Positions 1 to 13,173 of a stretch of 64,000 bases of DNA are shown piece by piece. Every line of letters starts with the position of its first letter. Positions within the stretch are counted from its first letter, which is position 1. The stretch spans positions 366,307-430,306 of the forward strand of contig RHPI01000818.1 of NCBI GenBank assembly GCA_009103225.1, in the 5' to 3' direction. Position numbers and translations under genes: made by a program. The notes below the pieces were generated by a model. It was not told where the DNA came from. It was given only the letters and a program-made list of their open reading frames with translations, and ran no database searches. Source of the DNA: Chlorokybus atmophyticus (lineage: Eukaryota; Plantae; Mesostigma and Chlorokybus algae).

Positions 1-251
1 TGGGGTGGGGGGGATGCAGTTGATGAGCGGTAGTTTGCGTCAAACTTAATGTCTCTTCAAGATATGAGTTGGAACTGACTTGTGATTTCTGAATGATGAC
101 AATTGCAGACTACTTCGACTACCCTCGGGCGATCCTGATAATTTGTCTAAAGATGTGACGTGGCGGAACTTGCGTTGGGGTAAATCGTGTATATGCACAT
201 GCTCGCAGTACGACTTGCTAGCTTCAAGCCATTCGCAACACTCAATCACCT

Positions 252-3200
252 TTATTCGCGTAGAATAACCGGTGATGCTTTAACTGGCACATGCAAAGGT
301 TTTAAACCTTGCGGCTTTTGCACCTTAAATGTTGCCCTCGTTTTTTCCTCTTCTCGTAAGGGCACAATAGGCTTCCTTGTCACCTTAGCGGGCACATTAG
401 CAATGTAGTGCCTGCACACAAAAGGTGTCTATTGATGGCTAAAGCAAGCGCTCAGCCATAAGCATGTCATGCACAGCAATTGTATATACGGTACTTGAAA
501 TCGACATTGGGGATTAAGTATGCTGTCGTGTCGCCGCGCGCTACTGTGCTCACACTCTTCAATGGGCCATCAAATGGCTCCAAACTGTACATCGAAGAAG
601 GTGGTGGCTGCAGGGCAACCTTGCCCCTATTGCACAGAGGCAGGTTGTCACTTATGGGTTATGGGTCAAACACAACGCACATGCCATTGGCCACAACCCA
701 CCTCAGTCCCTTCTTCTTGGGTTTGTCTGCCAACAGTGTCCGACACTTGTCAAGGGCACCAGATATGCGTCGCATTGGCAGCACTGCATGGAAGTTTGTG
801 TCTGCAACCACTACTTTGGATTTCCATTCTTCAACCTCTCGCTGCTTGGCCGCCTGCAGCGAATGCAAAAGAAGTCTTGGTGTCCCAAAATAGCACGGGT
901 CTGTGAACTCAGCACTCATATGCCTGCTCCTGCACTGAGTAAGCAGAAAGTTTGGTTTACTCTCACCTCCATTTCTTTCTGCAGACCATCACCGAATGAG
1001 TGAACAGTCCTATTGCGACAACATTGGTCAGTAATAGGAAGAGTGAGCCTGTTACAATAAGGAGCCTATTGAAGCTCACGCTTGACATACTTGAAGTACT
1101 CCGGGTCCTTTCCAAACAGGTTTCCATGGACTGCTGTGACGATAGTCTTGAAAGGAACCTGCAACTGTGGAAGGGATACATGAGGTAAGAACAAGGACAC
1201 TGCGTGCGCTAGCATAAAAAAACAAATACACACCTGAGAGTCGCTGTCCCGTTGCAGGCCGACAGCATTGGCAAATGCGTTTTCTTCCCAGGGTTCCGCC
1301 AGCTCTGATAAATGAGCGCACAGCACTCAGCCACCACGGACGTCAGAGATTGAAGACACTACTGGAAAAATCCGCAATCATCAGTGTTACCTGCCACCCG
1401 TGCAAAGGTGGGCTTCTTGGGATGTGTGAAGTACTCAGCAGGATCTTTAGGTGCCGGCCAAACGAATGGCTCTGTATGGCAGTATCAGACAGATCCTTAG
1501 CGCACTTGAGCAAGTCATTGCATCCAGTTGCAACAGGCCATTAAGACTCACTGTCATGGTGCGCTGCGAGTTCAGTGCGTGATGACTCCACATAAGTTTC
1601 TGGTGGAGGCTCGAGTTTGTCTATAGTGTGCCAGAAGGCGGCACGCAAATGGGCGTTGGCAGTCTCCAGCGCATGCAGGGCCTCCTGCATCACAGGTTGA
1701 GCTCATTGCTGGCGCACACAAGGATTACATCAGTTGCAACTGGCCAAGTTGCTACCAAGTTCTCAGCATGAATGTCGCGCTCCGCTCTCTTTGCATCCCT
1801 CGCGGCACGCTCTTGCAAGTAAGCATTGTTCTTTGCGTCAAGCTTGGGCTTAATTGAGGCGAAGTGCGCGCGGAAGTCTTCCTCCGACTCCTCATCCTCC
1901 TCATCTTCCTCCTCCTTGGCGGCTTGCAAGCTGTACCAACAAGAGGAGTCATACATGGCAGTACAACCGCTGTGCTATGTGTGGATGATTGATTTACCGT
2001 GCTGCTTCGGATATTGTCACGCCCATAACATCATCAATAGTGAGCTCGCCACCATACTTGCGATACAATGCGCCAACCATGCCAGAAGTGGGAAACAACT
2101 GTCATACAGACCTGCATTAGTTGACGATAAGACGCGCAGTAGCAGAAGACACTATGGCATAGAGCACTCAGTACCTGCATGGATGCTGCCTGTCTCTCCC
2201 ATGTCACTGCTGCCAGCTAAGCACAAGACACACAGCCAGCTTGGTCAGCTTCTGCTCTTTGGGGTATGGATATTTTGACAGATACTTACATTGGAGATGC
2301 GCCGTAAGCATTCCACACACTCCGGCTTGAGTCGGCCTGCTGCTGCAGTGCGAGGGTCCGACATTATGCGCGACAGCTGATCACGAAGCTTCACCAGCTG
2401 AAACACAACACAACATGGGATGGAGTTGAGTGTCCAAAACCGTGCAATGCAATTCGCTTCGTGCAACCAAGCATCAAGCAGGAGGACAGGGTGCTACGTA
2501 TGGTTGTGGTGTGCTGCTTTCAACAAACCTGAATATCAGCACCCAGAGAGCCATACAGTCGCTCCGTATATGCCAGCTCTCGATTAAGTAATAACTGATG
2601 TGACAACAGCAACAGCTCAGTAGCTTGAGAGCGTAGCAGCAGTAGTAGCATTGGTTTGCCTGATTCTGCAGTCACCCCTCACCTTGCGCTTTCGCTTGCG
2701 CTTCGGCTTGCTTATGTAGCCGGAAGCCAGCTCCTCTATCAGCCTCATGGCACCCTTGGCAAGGCCCTCAAGAACAATCATCCGCATTGCTGAGTCTATC
2801 ACCTACAAGGTTAACGGTGAGCACAGAGAAGACAACTTTGGTTGCACGACGAGGTATGCACCTGAAAGCCAGTGACGACGTCCAGCTGTGGGTCTCTGGC
2901 CAACTGTTCATCAATCATCATGGTGCCAAGCGTCCTGTAGACGAGGTCTTTATTGTGTTGGTTGCAACATATTTAAAGCATGTCGCTTCTCATGCTTTCC
3001 ACAAGCAATTCCATGAGCAAATGACCTGAGTATGTGCTCCCTGTCGCCTGTCAAACCTAAGGCTTTGATGTTGGCAGTGCGCACGGCACTGACGATGGCT
3101 CGCAACGGGTCACTGTCAGCATACTCCAGCACCAACACCACGCGCGCAAACCTGCTATAGTTTCTTAGCGAGCAGCATGGAGTGAATGCAAAAACCCACG

Positions 3201-5664
3201 AGTTGAAACCTGACCTGGCTGTTGGCACTCGTTCATTATAATTACTCCCAACACTACTGGCAGCCAAACGCACCTTTTGTCGGTGTCTGCAGGTTGACAG
3301 ATGGGGTGCATTGCATCCACGGCGAAAGAGATGTAAGCACCTGCCTGCAACATGCGCGCAATGGTAAGAAGCTGACAGTCAGGTGCTACACAAGCTCCAA
3401 CCCACTTACCTCCATAAAAAGTCCTGGGCGCCAGCGCCAATCTACCTCAGCACCGTCTGGAGGGGGTATGGGCTTCGCTGCTATGGGCGCCTTGATCTTC
3501 AGCTTGAGAGGTAGAAGCATGTGCGCTGACGACGAAGCTGGGATGCACAGAGCACTGAGGGAGATGAGGGCTACGCCGTGCGCGTCTGGTACCGGCTGCG
3601 CACGAGACAGTTGGTATTGACAGTTAGATTCATTTGAGCATATATGATGTAGCTGCTGTTGCATGCTGGTAGCTACCTGATCACGGTCTGTTTCTGATGG
3701 CAGAGGCGTTCTGTCGTGTACCTTCACTTCCAGAGGGGCACTCATCAGCTGATCGTATAGATGCGGGCCAAAGTCCGCTGCAGAAGCATTGCGTACACAT
3801 GAGTTTGGTACTACGTGCATATAAGAAGCAACCAACACGGCAGCATTGCTGGCATAACTGCTAGCAAATGCTTGATGGGTCGGCTTGGCTTAAACCAAGT
3901 TGGTGGCATGATTGGTTGGCCCTCATAGATACAAAACCCACAGCACGCATCAGTTCTCTGATGCAAGTCAGGACTTACTGGGCTCAACAAGCACCACTTA
4001 CCCGCAAACAGAATGCACGGCAGTCCTTGGAACTCCACATCTCTGACCGAGCAAGGTTTACCATCCCGTGCTCTGCCATGCGACTTTGCATGCGCGCCTG
4101 CCCCTTCCCTCCACTTGCCAGGAACGCCCTCTGGAGGGAGGCGTGCATGACACTCAGGCCTTGCGTGCATGCGTGCGTACGGATGCGCGTGCAGGTGTGT
4201 GAAGGTGTGTGCACGTGTGCACGCGCCTCTGTGTGGGTGGGCGGGTGGGTATCTGTGTATGTAGGTGGGTGGGGTGGGGAGGGGGGGTGGGGGGAGGGGG
4301 GGGCCACGTGCGTGTGTGCGTGCGTGCTGACACCATACTATCCGCTCACCATGTACCCTCTCTTCTCCTCTCGCAGCACTCTTGGTGGAAGGCAACCTGT
4401 ACGTAATCCTTGGCAGAGCGCACATGGCATCAATGATGTCACGTGTTGCTGGAAAGTCGGGCAACGACCGGGCAGCGCGTGGCCGAAGTATAAGCGGATT
4501 GAGAAATGCAGCAAGAGAGCCTGGAGTAGGAGCATAAATGGATGTTAGCGTTGCAGCGGGGAATATACATATGCAGTTGTGTCCAGGGATGAGCTATGTG
4601 TTGTGGTATGCAACACGGGTCGAGTCCTTATGACAACAACCAGGGCGATCGCTGTGAAGAGGGGTGACACAGGCTGAGTGAATGAACTCACTTGTCAACA
4701 GGGGCTGGTCTGCTTCAAGCCGTATTGTCACCTTGACAAACCCTTCAAACACAGCTTCGACGGCTGGCATGCCGCTGCTTGTCTCTCCCGAGCCCACATC
4801 CAAGCTAAGCTCACAGATTGACTCCCCGAGCAACAGCGCCGTGCAATCCAACCGCATGTCACACGCAGCTGGTGGCGAGGCCTCCGTCGTGGCATTGCTG
4901 TTTGTAGAGTCCTTTCCACTAGTTGCAGTCTTCTTGCCGGCGGCTGGCGGCTGATCCACACTCGCACAAGATATGCGCAGCGGTATCTGTGCACTAGCAG
5001 CGGCAATAGACCGAATGAAGGCCTGCAATAGATGACCAGCATGTTCGCATGTGGGTTCGTAACAGCCACAACAAACAACTGAATTGCGTCCCAATCAAGC
5101 GGGAAAACTGTGCTACGCAGAGTGTACATGAGTCCCTGCAGAGCATCACGCACCTCATCTGGTCTTGCTGAGAGCTGTTGCTGCCACCTTAGCACTTGAC
5201 CTCTGGCTAGAGGAACCGCTTGGCCCTGCGGTGTCTGTATTCAGCTACACGCTCAATTATAGGTTTCAAGTATATGCAAACTGTCAGCTCAACTCTCTAG
5301 TCACCTGCGTCTGTTTGCCTTCAAAAAAGGTGTACGCCACCGTCAGCTGCTGCTGACTGCCCGCCTTGGGAGAAGAAGGTGGCGATGTGTTCTGCGCTAT
5401 GTCGGCCTCTGCACATGTTGTTGTGCTCGTTACGTTCTCATTGTTCATCAGTATATAGCAAGCACGTTTTTTTTGACATTGCGGACAGCCAGCTGCACAG
5501 AGCTGCACTCACCTTGCTGCTCAGCAGGAAACGCTTCTAGTATAAGGTGGCAGCCTACTGTTTCTGCCATGACACAGACCGGGGGGGTCTAACCCTTCAC
5601 CTCCCTTCAGGACTTACATCTTACCAGAAGCAGCTGAAAGTCTGTCACTACTAGGAGCCATCAT
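252..5664 (-). CDS. CFAP92: Multi-exon flagellar-associated protein, CFAP92/FAP92-like (DUF4550/C2-like family)
   Basis: GT-AG exons join in phase. Motifs recalled from CFAP92-like proteins: FLNPLILRPRAARSLPDFP; LEVKVHDR; FARVVLVLEY; QLDVVTGFQVIDSAMRMIVLEGLAKGAM; FVWPAPKD...HPKKPTFARVAELAEPWEEN; EEWKSKVVV; LDKCRTLLADKPKKKGL; PIVPLREEEK. Start (5664) and stop (TAA 252-254) are approximate. Confidence 0.68.
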
Positions 5665-6233
5665 CAGTACTCCGCCCCACCACTTACACATGAATAAATG
5701 CGTTGCCACAAAGGCTACCGCTAGCGCAACTGCTGGTTGCGTTTGCGTAAGTGTTTTTACCAAATAGTTCACCAATCCGCTGAGCTAATCAAACCATAAA
5801 CAGCGCAGAACAGAGCAGGAGCTGACACTGGAGCTGGAGCTAGAGCTGGGTATGGCGCTTCTTTTGCCTCGCTTTTCAGTCAGCACAATACCAATTCAGC
5901 AGAAGCAACGACGCCCAACCAGGGAAACCCTACGACAGGATTCTCCCAAATCACCAGACCAGGCCAGGCCAGGCCAAGCCAGTACCACCAGGCCGTGTAC
6001 ACTGAGCGCACACCATATCAAGAACTCTAACACAGACCGTCGGATCGGTGGTTGATTGGACGGCGCTGATGATGCTTACTTGTGCTTTCCGTCTGTGAAA
6101 TCGGACGGATGAGAAAAACGTTAACAACGCCTAATTGCTGAAGCCAAACTGTTGGGTGTTGTGCATACTGTCCACGTGGCAGCGGCGGCAGTGGCGGTGG
6201 CAGTGGAGGTAGCGTAAAGCAAGTGCGGCGTCG

Positions 6234-7295
6234 ATGCGGGGCGGAGTGGAGGCGCAGCAGCCGGTGCGTCAGCTTGCGGGATGGCGGTTTCACGCTCGCA
6301 TCGCGGTGCTGGGGCTGCTGGTGGGCGGGGCCATGGAGCTGTTCATGATCAAGACCGGCTTCTGTACGTGCGCACATGTGCTACGCTTTGGCTTGTTGGC
6401 AGCTAATATATCGCATTGCATGAAGCCACTGTCCAAAGCTTAACGGGGTTGTTGAGACAGACATCAATGCTGATCCGGTACATAGCACACAAGACGACCT
6501 CAAATCGGCATGGTACATAGCACAACAACATGTTATCAATAGTTGTTTTGCGCCTGTGGTACGCATAAAGACCGCTTCAATTCGTTCCAGTTTGTTGTGC
6601 TTGTACTGAATTGCAAGCGCAAGCTACAGACTGCTCGGCAAAAGTGATCAATCTGCAAGCCCCTATTGTTACACGTCGTTCAGGTTGAAACAAACTCCAT
6701 GCTTCTTGCCTTATTAATCAACTCACCATTTCCAGCAGCCTCCACGCCACTATGTCTTACTTTCGTCAAGCGACTTGCATGAGCTCGTGTCGCCATGTGT
6801 AATATACGGTAGTTGGCAATAATGACGTTAGATTGACCGACCCAACTGTTGACACATGGTTCCACGCAGATGAGAAGGTGACAGCCATCGAAGCAGAGCG
6901 CAGGGCAGAGCTACGAGCTGCGGTAAGTTTTACTGTTAACAATCTGCGAGCTTGTGGTACGCAAACGTCGTGGCTTGCAGTTTGCCTTGTTTGTACCTTC
7001 AAGAAGCTGTGTGATGTCCACAACGCACTTTTAGCCTGCCTTTATTGTTCTTCGCTATGACCTGTGGCACATGGCAAACATAAAGTCCATATTTCTTACT
7101 GATTTAGCAAACACTGTCAGCATATAGCATCAAACGTAACATCAACGTTGAACTGCCAGCTATGGTTGACACTCTGATGTGTAATCACTGTGAACGGAAG
7201 TGTGGCTTGGGCACAGCTCATAGTTGTCATACATGTCGTGCTGTGGTTTGCAGGCAGAGCTTGCAAGCAAAGAGCAAAGTCAGCGGCAGTTGTGA
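6234..7295 (+). CDS. Small single-TM protein, plant-type SMIM4/UQCC5-like
   Basis: Exons about 6234-6361, 6870-6922 and 7254-7295 give MRGG...IAVLGLLVGGAMELFMIKTGFYEKVTAIEAERRAELRAAAELASKEQSQRQL*. The MExFMIKTGFYxKVT motif is recalled from conserved small plant mitochondrial proteins. The last exon is less certain. Confidence 0.6.
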
Positions 7296-7441
7296 CGGAC
7301 ATATCAGTGGAGGAGAAAGCTTGGAGGGGACACTGTTGAAAGTGAACAAAGAGGCTTGTTGGTTGCTTGTTGAACACACTGTAGTTAATCATCACATAGC
7401 GCGCTAGAGGCAGCAATAGAGAAACACTCGTGTGCTTTATC

Positions 7442-8814
7442 ATGGAGGCGAAAGAAAGGTTGATTAAGGGGCTACTCGAGAATATGGGCAGCATTGCAGA
7501 CGTGCACGCTAAGGCTGGCAAAGGCGTCAACCAAAGTACAGGACCGTCAGTTGAGTCTTTGCTGGCTGACCTCGGCGGGTCTGAGGCTGCAAATGGATAC
7601 GCACAACAGCTTTGGAGGTATCTTGACGACCTTGCTGAGAAAGACCCTGAGGTACGGCGAGTTAGACACAGTGGGTTTGCAGCTGTGTTGTATGTGGTTG
7701 TGGTGGGGATTGGGGATGCATTACTGCAAGGGTGCACAACATTGCCGTTATTGTCATTGTACCACCACAGCCGTACATTGCGCAACTTTCAAGCACGACT
7801 TGAAGCTGTTATGGGACATCCAGCAAGCTGTGATGGCTGATGAAGCGAGCATGTTTTCCTCTCATTACGACTTAAACAAGAACCAAAGCATGCATTGCCA
7901 TCACCAGCATAGCTCTGTCGGCTGACACTGCCCATATATACAATCTGTCCAGGCACCTGTGTGTCTTGCTCCGTGCGATTTAATCTTACGGCCAGCTTTG
8001 ATGTGGTGTAGTGCTGTACTGCAGAACCAGTGCCCTAGGTGGTCATGATTGCAGCCTCCAGGGCACTGTGGTGCATTAGACACCGTTCGCATTGCTATGA
8101 TTTGCAGTGGCTCTTTTATTTTGTCTGATCTGCCGCATGTTGAAATTGTTTTGAGGGGTTATAAAGGAGTTGTCTTTTGCCAGGAGTACAAGAAGTTTCT
8201 GGACCAGCAGATGCGCGCGGCGATGCCGGAGCTCGCAAAGAAGAAGGATGCAGAGTTACAAGCAGAACAGAATCACGGTGCAGTTGCACATCAAAAACTT
8301 GTCAAGGAGCAGCAGAGCAGCGTACCTTCTGTTGTGGAACAGTTAGCATCATTGAGGTAACCACTAGTGGCACGCGGGATCACATGTTGTTCAATGCTTG
8401 TCAAGTTGACAAGCGCTGGGTTCGATGACATGTTTCAACATGTGCAACATGTTGCTTGTCCTGCACTTCACCACTCACCAGCATCAGGTGTGTCATTTGC
8501 GCAGTGTCACTCCCCCTTCACGAGGGCAGGTCAAGCCGTTGATTCAAGAGCTTGATTCTTCCATAGACTACAGGATGAAGCACCTACACGACAAGGGCGG
8601 CGCTGTCATTGGTGTTGAAGTGACCCTTCATCTGCCGCACATCATGTCCGCATCAGCTGTAGATTTGGAGGTCGTTGGGCAGGAGTTGAAAGTCAGTGAA
8701 GGCCCGAAGTGCCTGTTGAATTTACCTGTACAGTTTCGCGTTGATGAGGAAGGGGTGAGGGCCAAGTTCAACAAGTCTAAGCAGATGTTGACTGTGCGCA
8801 TACCGCGTAGGTAG
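7442..8814 (+). CDS. PIH1D2-like protein (N-terminal helix plus C-terminal CS domain), probable dynein-assembly/R2TP-type co-chaperone
   Basis: Exon 1 (7442-7651) joins exon 2 (8184-8357) to give QLWRYLDDLAEKDPE|EYKKFLDQQM, the PIH1D2-type N-terminus. Exon 3 has KPLIQEL and a CS domain ending AKFNKSKQMLTVRIP. Confidence 0.7.
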
Positions 8815-9300
8815 GTGAAGCATTCTTGAATTCATGACAATTGGCTCACAGTAAATGTTCCTTATCAGGGTTGCAGGGTTTAGCACCAGCGTAGTTGTTC
8901 AATTAGCTTTCGTTGCATTGCTGTCTCAATGTGCGGGTTCCTGCATCTACCAACAGGATGGTTGCTTACGCAATTGCGTTCTGTATGTACATCACATGAG
9001 GTGTGGTAAAGCAATGCTACATGCTAAGTGCGATGTGTAATAGTATGCAAGGATTGTGGCATGCTTGAGAATGTAGCAAACATGCATGCAGTCCGCACAC
9101 TACACCATCGCACTCTTATATTCACCACCGGGATGTCCCAAGTTCACTACTAATCTACCTTCACTACTGCCCATACCCCGTGCAACACACATGCATGCAC
9201 ATGTAATTACCTGTTCAACACGACCAGGGCAGCGTTAACAACGGTAGTCGGCAGATGTAGCGGTGCAGCAGTGGCAATGCAGTCAGCAGGCAGCCCATGA

Positions 9301-9418
9301 GTTCCCTTCCCCTCCCTCTCCCTTCCTCCTTCCCCTCTGTCTCCCTCTCTCTCTTCCTCCCCCTCCTGCTCCTCTCCCTCCTCCGCCTCTCTCTCCCTCC
9401 GCTCCTCCTTCTCTTCAG
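9301..9418. repeat. Polypyrimidine/polypurine (CT-rich) tract
   Basis: About 120 bp almost entirely C/T on the plus strand, in intergenic DNA. Confidence 0.85.
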
Positions 9419-9677
9419 TTCGGCCGCAATCGCTGCGACTCGCAACCCTCGGCGCTGCTGATGTGGCAGGGCCCCTCTGCCCCGCCCCTCTGCCCTGTCT
9501 CCCTCTGGCACACGCATGCAGGGCGACTGCCAGCACTGTCAGCCCTGCGTTGCGCAGTGTTGCTGCTGTCGATTAGGTGTCGGTGGTGGGGTTGGGTGGT
9601 GGGGTTGGTGTGTGTATATATAGTACAGTACCAGTACGTAGCTCGGTGTGACGATGTCGCTGTTAGTGTATGAGAGA

Positions 9678-9719
9678 GTATATAAGGGGTATGGTACGGT
9701 GGCAGCATGCATGGTGTGC
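9678..9719 (+). repeat. Dispersed 42-bp repeat module, copy 1
   Basis: GTATATAAGGGGTATGGTACGGTGGCAGCATGCATGGTGTGC, 38/42 identical to 30857-30898. Confidence 0.75.
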
Positions 9720-10096
9720 ACTGCACTTGTTTGGTATCACATAGAGTACTTGTTGTGTTTGTAATTTTGCATGTGCACGTAGATTTGCATGTAATAATTG
9801 CCTCTTGCACCTTTTGTACACATGGGTACTAGGTCTGGACACCTGTACTCAGGCACCCATGTACTGCAAATTGCCCAAGCTGGATACGACCAGAAGCGCC
9901 AGCTCGTGGCTCTGTGCCCAGGCATGCGTCCCCTACATTTTTGCTTGTACCAATACTGGTCTGAGCTCTAACAAGTTGTGCCATTCACTGTGCATGCCAC
10001 ACCATGCACACCATTGCATATTTTCTACACATGAGTGGCACAGGCATGTGTATCTTGGCAAAACTGGATTGCGCAAGGACTCCAATATCGCTTGTG

Positions 10097-12394
10097 TTAC
10101 TCATGAAACTGAATAACCCTCATGCGCCTTCCATCGTGGGGGTCCTTCTCCGCAACGTTTGCACTCAGCAACATGTTGACATCTTCCTGCGGGCGACACA
10201 CAAGCGCGCAGTGTGAGAGCCAGCAAGTGCAGGCTGCTTGTGTGACTTGCAAATTGTGAGAGAATCGAAGCAAGTAACACGTGTTTCCAAGAGAGCTGGA
10301 TTCAGACCATCAATTGGTTGATAAGGCATAGAGACATGCCTCGGTGTATTCTGGGCCATCAATAGATATGTACGGATCCGATGACTGGAAAGTGGCTTCC
10401 AACAGCGCCTGTCAAGTGACACAACACCATGTCAAAACATGTTTTACATGTTTAAGCTACAAACAGTCACACTTACAACCAACAATCAACCACTTCCACA
10501 GCGGGTTGACTGGTTTGCGGATATACTACGCACAACACCCATCAGCCCTCACCGTGAGGAGCTCCTTGACGCTAAGCATGCGCGGCTTGTCCCTGTCCTT
10601 ATTCTTCACACGCCTCGGCCTCTGCATCATCGCACATGTTGCTCATCATCACGCATATGAGTCAGCGTGGGTGTGCGCGTGCGTGCGTGCACACCGACCC
10701 AACAACCAACCCTCACACCTCCACTCGTCGTTTGCGGGCGCTCTCCCTCTCATCATCATCAACGCCATACTGCTGTGCAACAAAATCAAACAGCAGCTTT
10801 CTAAGTCTGTCTCGCTCACTCCGCAGCCTCGCGCACCTCACCCGCAATGCCGCCTCACTGCATGCATCATTATTGCATACAAGTTGAATCATCTCAACAT
10901 GCGTGTACGTGCTTAAGTTGCGAGGTTGCGTCCCTTATCACCTGTGGTCATGTGGCGCAAAGTGCGTGTCCTCATCGCCGCTGCGAAGCTTCTGCAGTTT
11001 GGACTGGAAGCGAGGCCACATGGAAGAGGGGGTAAAGTTGATGTTTGATGCACAGCAACAACGATGCACATAAAAGTTCTATGCTTGTGCCTGTTGTAAT
11101 GGAGGGATGAGTCATCAACGCTCTCACCTGTAGGGTGGCCTCCAGCTGTTGGTGCTCTGCCAGCCATGCACGCTCCCTGCAAGCACAAAACGCCTGAATG
11201 TAACACATGATGCATATTGTTGGAACATTTTGACACGAAAACCACACATATGCACAGGCTTGCACACACGCCACAACATGGCAGACAAACAGGTATGCAC
11301 ATGTAAGTACCTGCGGAGCTGGTCCTCGGCTTCGCCGATCCTGCGCATGTACTTCTCCAACAAAAGGTCCACCTGGCGTGCGCTGTCCTCTGTATCCCCG
11401 CGCAACGCCTCCGCCACGAGCACGCCATTCCCACCTTCCATAAAGGGAGAGAAAGGAGTTGAATACGTCACACGAGTGACATGTGTACGCTAGCTTGTGT
11501 GTGGAGCCACATGACCTCACCTCCGCTGCTTGTACACGTGTGGTCCAGAGTTGCCAGCCGCTTGTGGAGCTCCCTTGAGCGTGCACGCAACGAGATGATA
11601 CCCTCATCATCGTTTGTTGTGTCATTGCCTGGAAGGCATTTGGCCTCCGATGCAGCCTTCTCTCCGGCTTCCCTGCTCTGAGCCCACACCAAAATGAGAT
11701 TAAACAATAAACCGCATCACACGTATGGTGCATATGGTACCTTGTTGAGCTCCTCTTGCAACACAGCGCCGTCAGCTTCAAGCCGCAGCCGAGTTTGCAG
11801 CAGCTCTTCGCGCACAGAGTCTAGCGAAGCCGCCTGGTTGCAATGCACACATGCATGGTCGCTCAATTGAGATGCTCTTATTGTAGGAATGCGTCACTTA
11901 TCTAACCAAGGCTTGGATGCAATGCACGCGCATCTCTCGCGGGCAAATTGCTGTAGGTGAACTGCACACAGTTTTCTGCATGAATTGTGCCTTCACGAAC
12001 GTAAACGTGACAGCTGTTCTGTTCTGCATGTCGCTGCTTGATTACTGACTTCGCTTTGGCGAAGGGAAGGGTTAAGAGTACCAGTTAAAGACGAACGCTT
12101 CCATTGCAACATGTACCATCCCGCAATGTATTGTTGTGCGCGTGAAACATTCACTACTTATTGAGGTCAGGTACACGCTTTGACTTGCATCCCACAAGTA
12201 CACGCTATCACTCACAATCGACAGCTCATTCAGCAAACTAGTCTACCCAAAACAGTCTGCTGGACTACACCAAGGCGTACTGAAGGCAGCGGCGGCCGTG
12301 CAGTGAGCTCCCGCAAATATGCCACCGCCGCCCCAAAACTTCCGCCGCCCGCCGCCGCCGCCAGCTGCTCGGCGGAGAGCACTGGCACAGGCAT
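10097..12394 (-). CDS. CENPK: Coiled-coil protein with CENP-K-like C-terminus (inner kinetochore CCAN subunit homolog)
   Basis: Spliced C-terminus LLEATFQSSDPYISIDGPEYTE|EDVNMLLSANVAEKDPHDGRRMRVIQFHE* aligns by eye to the recalled human CENP-K end (DPYVKISDSFWPPYVELLLRNGIALRHPEDPTRIRLEAFHQ*). Upstream exons are coiled-coil-like. The last intron (10187-10339) uses a GC donor. Internal exon phases are not fully resolved. Confidence 0.6.
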
Positions 12395-13173
12395 GGCGAA
12401 GGCTCAAGGCAGTGACGTTCTCCCACCTCGCCACCGCTGTCACCGACTGCGACTAAGTTATTCACACATATGCTACTTGCAAGTTGGCTTTACACAATCC
12501 GATTTTAGCACGCCGAGAGTTAAGGAAACAGGATGTACTTGGACAGAGCAGAGGTCGCGGTTGACGACTACCAGCATTTGCATATACAGTTTGCACGCAC
12601 AGATAACGCGTGCATGTGGACATGGTGTAAACATGACAGTTTAACTTATACTATAAGTCACACTCAAGCCAAGCATACAGAGAGCATGGCACATGTAAGT
12701 TCAGGATAACATATACTCTGCTGATCACATGCCAGTTTTGGAACATCATAAACACTCACATGCTATCGTTGACACAGCTTATTCTAGACATACATGCACA
12801 TGCCTATATAAGCGAGCATATAAAACCCAGAAGCTGATTGTAATCAGCTTCTGGTTATGTATAGATGTGACGATAGTAACACAACAAAAAAGGAAATCTG
12901 TTACATGCAAGATCATTGCCTGCGTTCGTGCATATACATGCATAGGGAATGTGTGCATGCAAGTGAAGATCTGAGGATGGACATCTTATCACATGGTTTG
13001 TACAGAAAGACAAAAACATTACAAGAATGTTACAAGCCGCTGCTACAAGCAGGACCAGCTGTACAGGCAACCCAATCCTACTCAAGTCGGAAGGACCCAG
13101 TCCTAGGGCAAGAGGCTACAACACTTTACATACTTTACAGCGCAAAAAACAACCACAGCTCCGTCGGTCTCTC

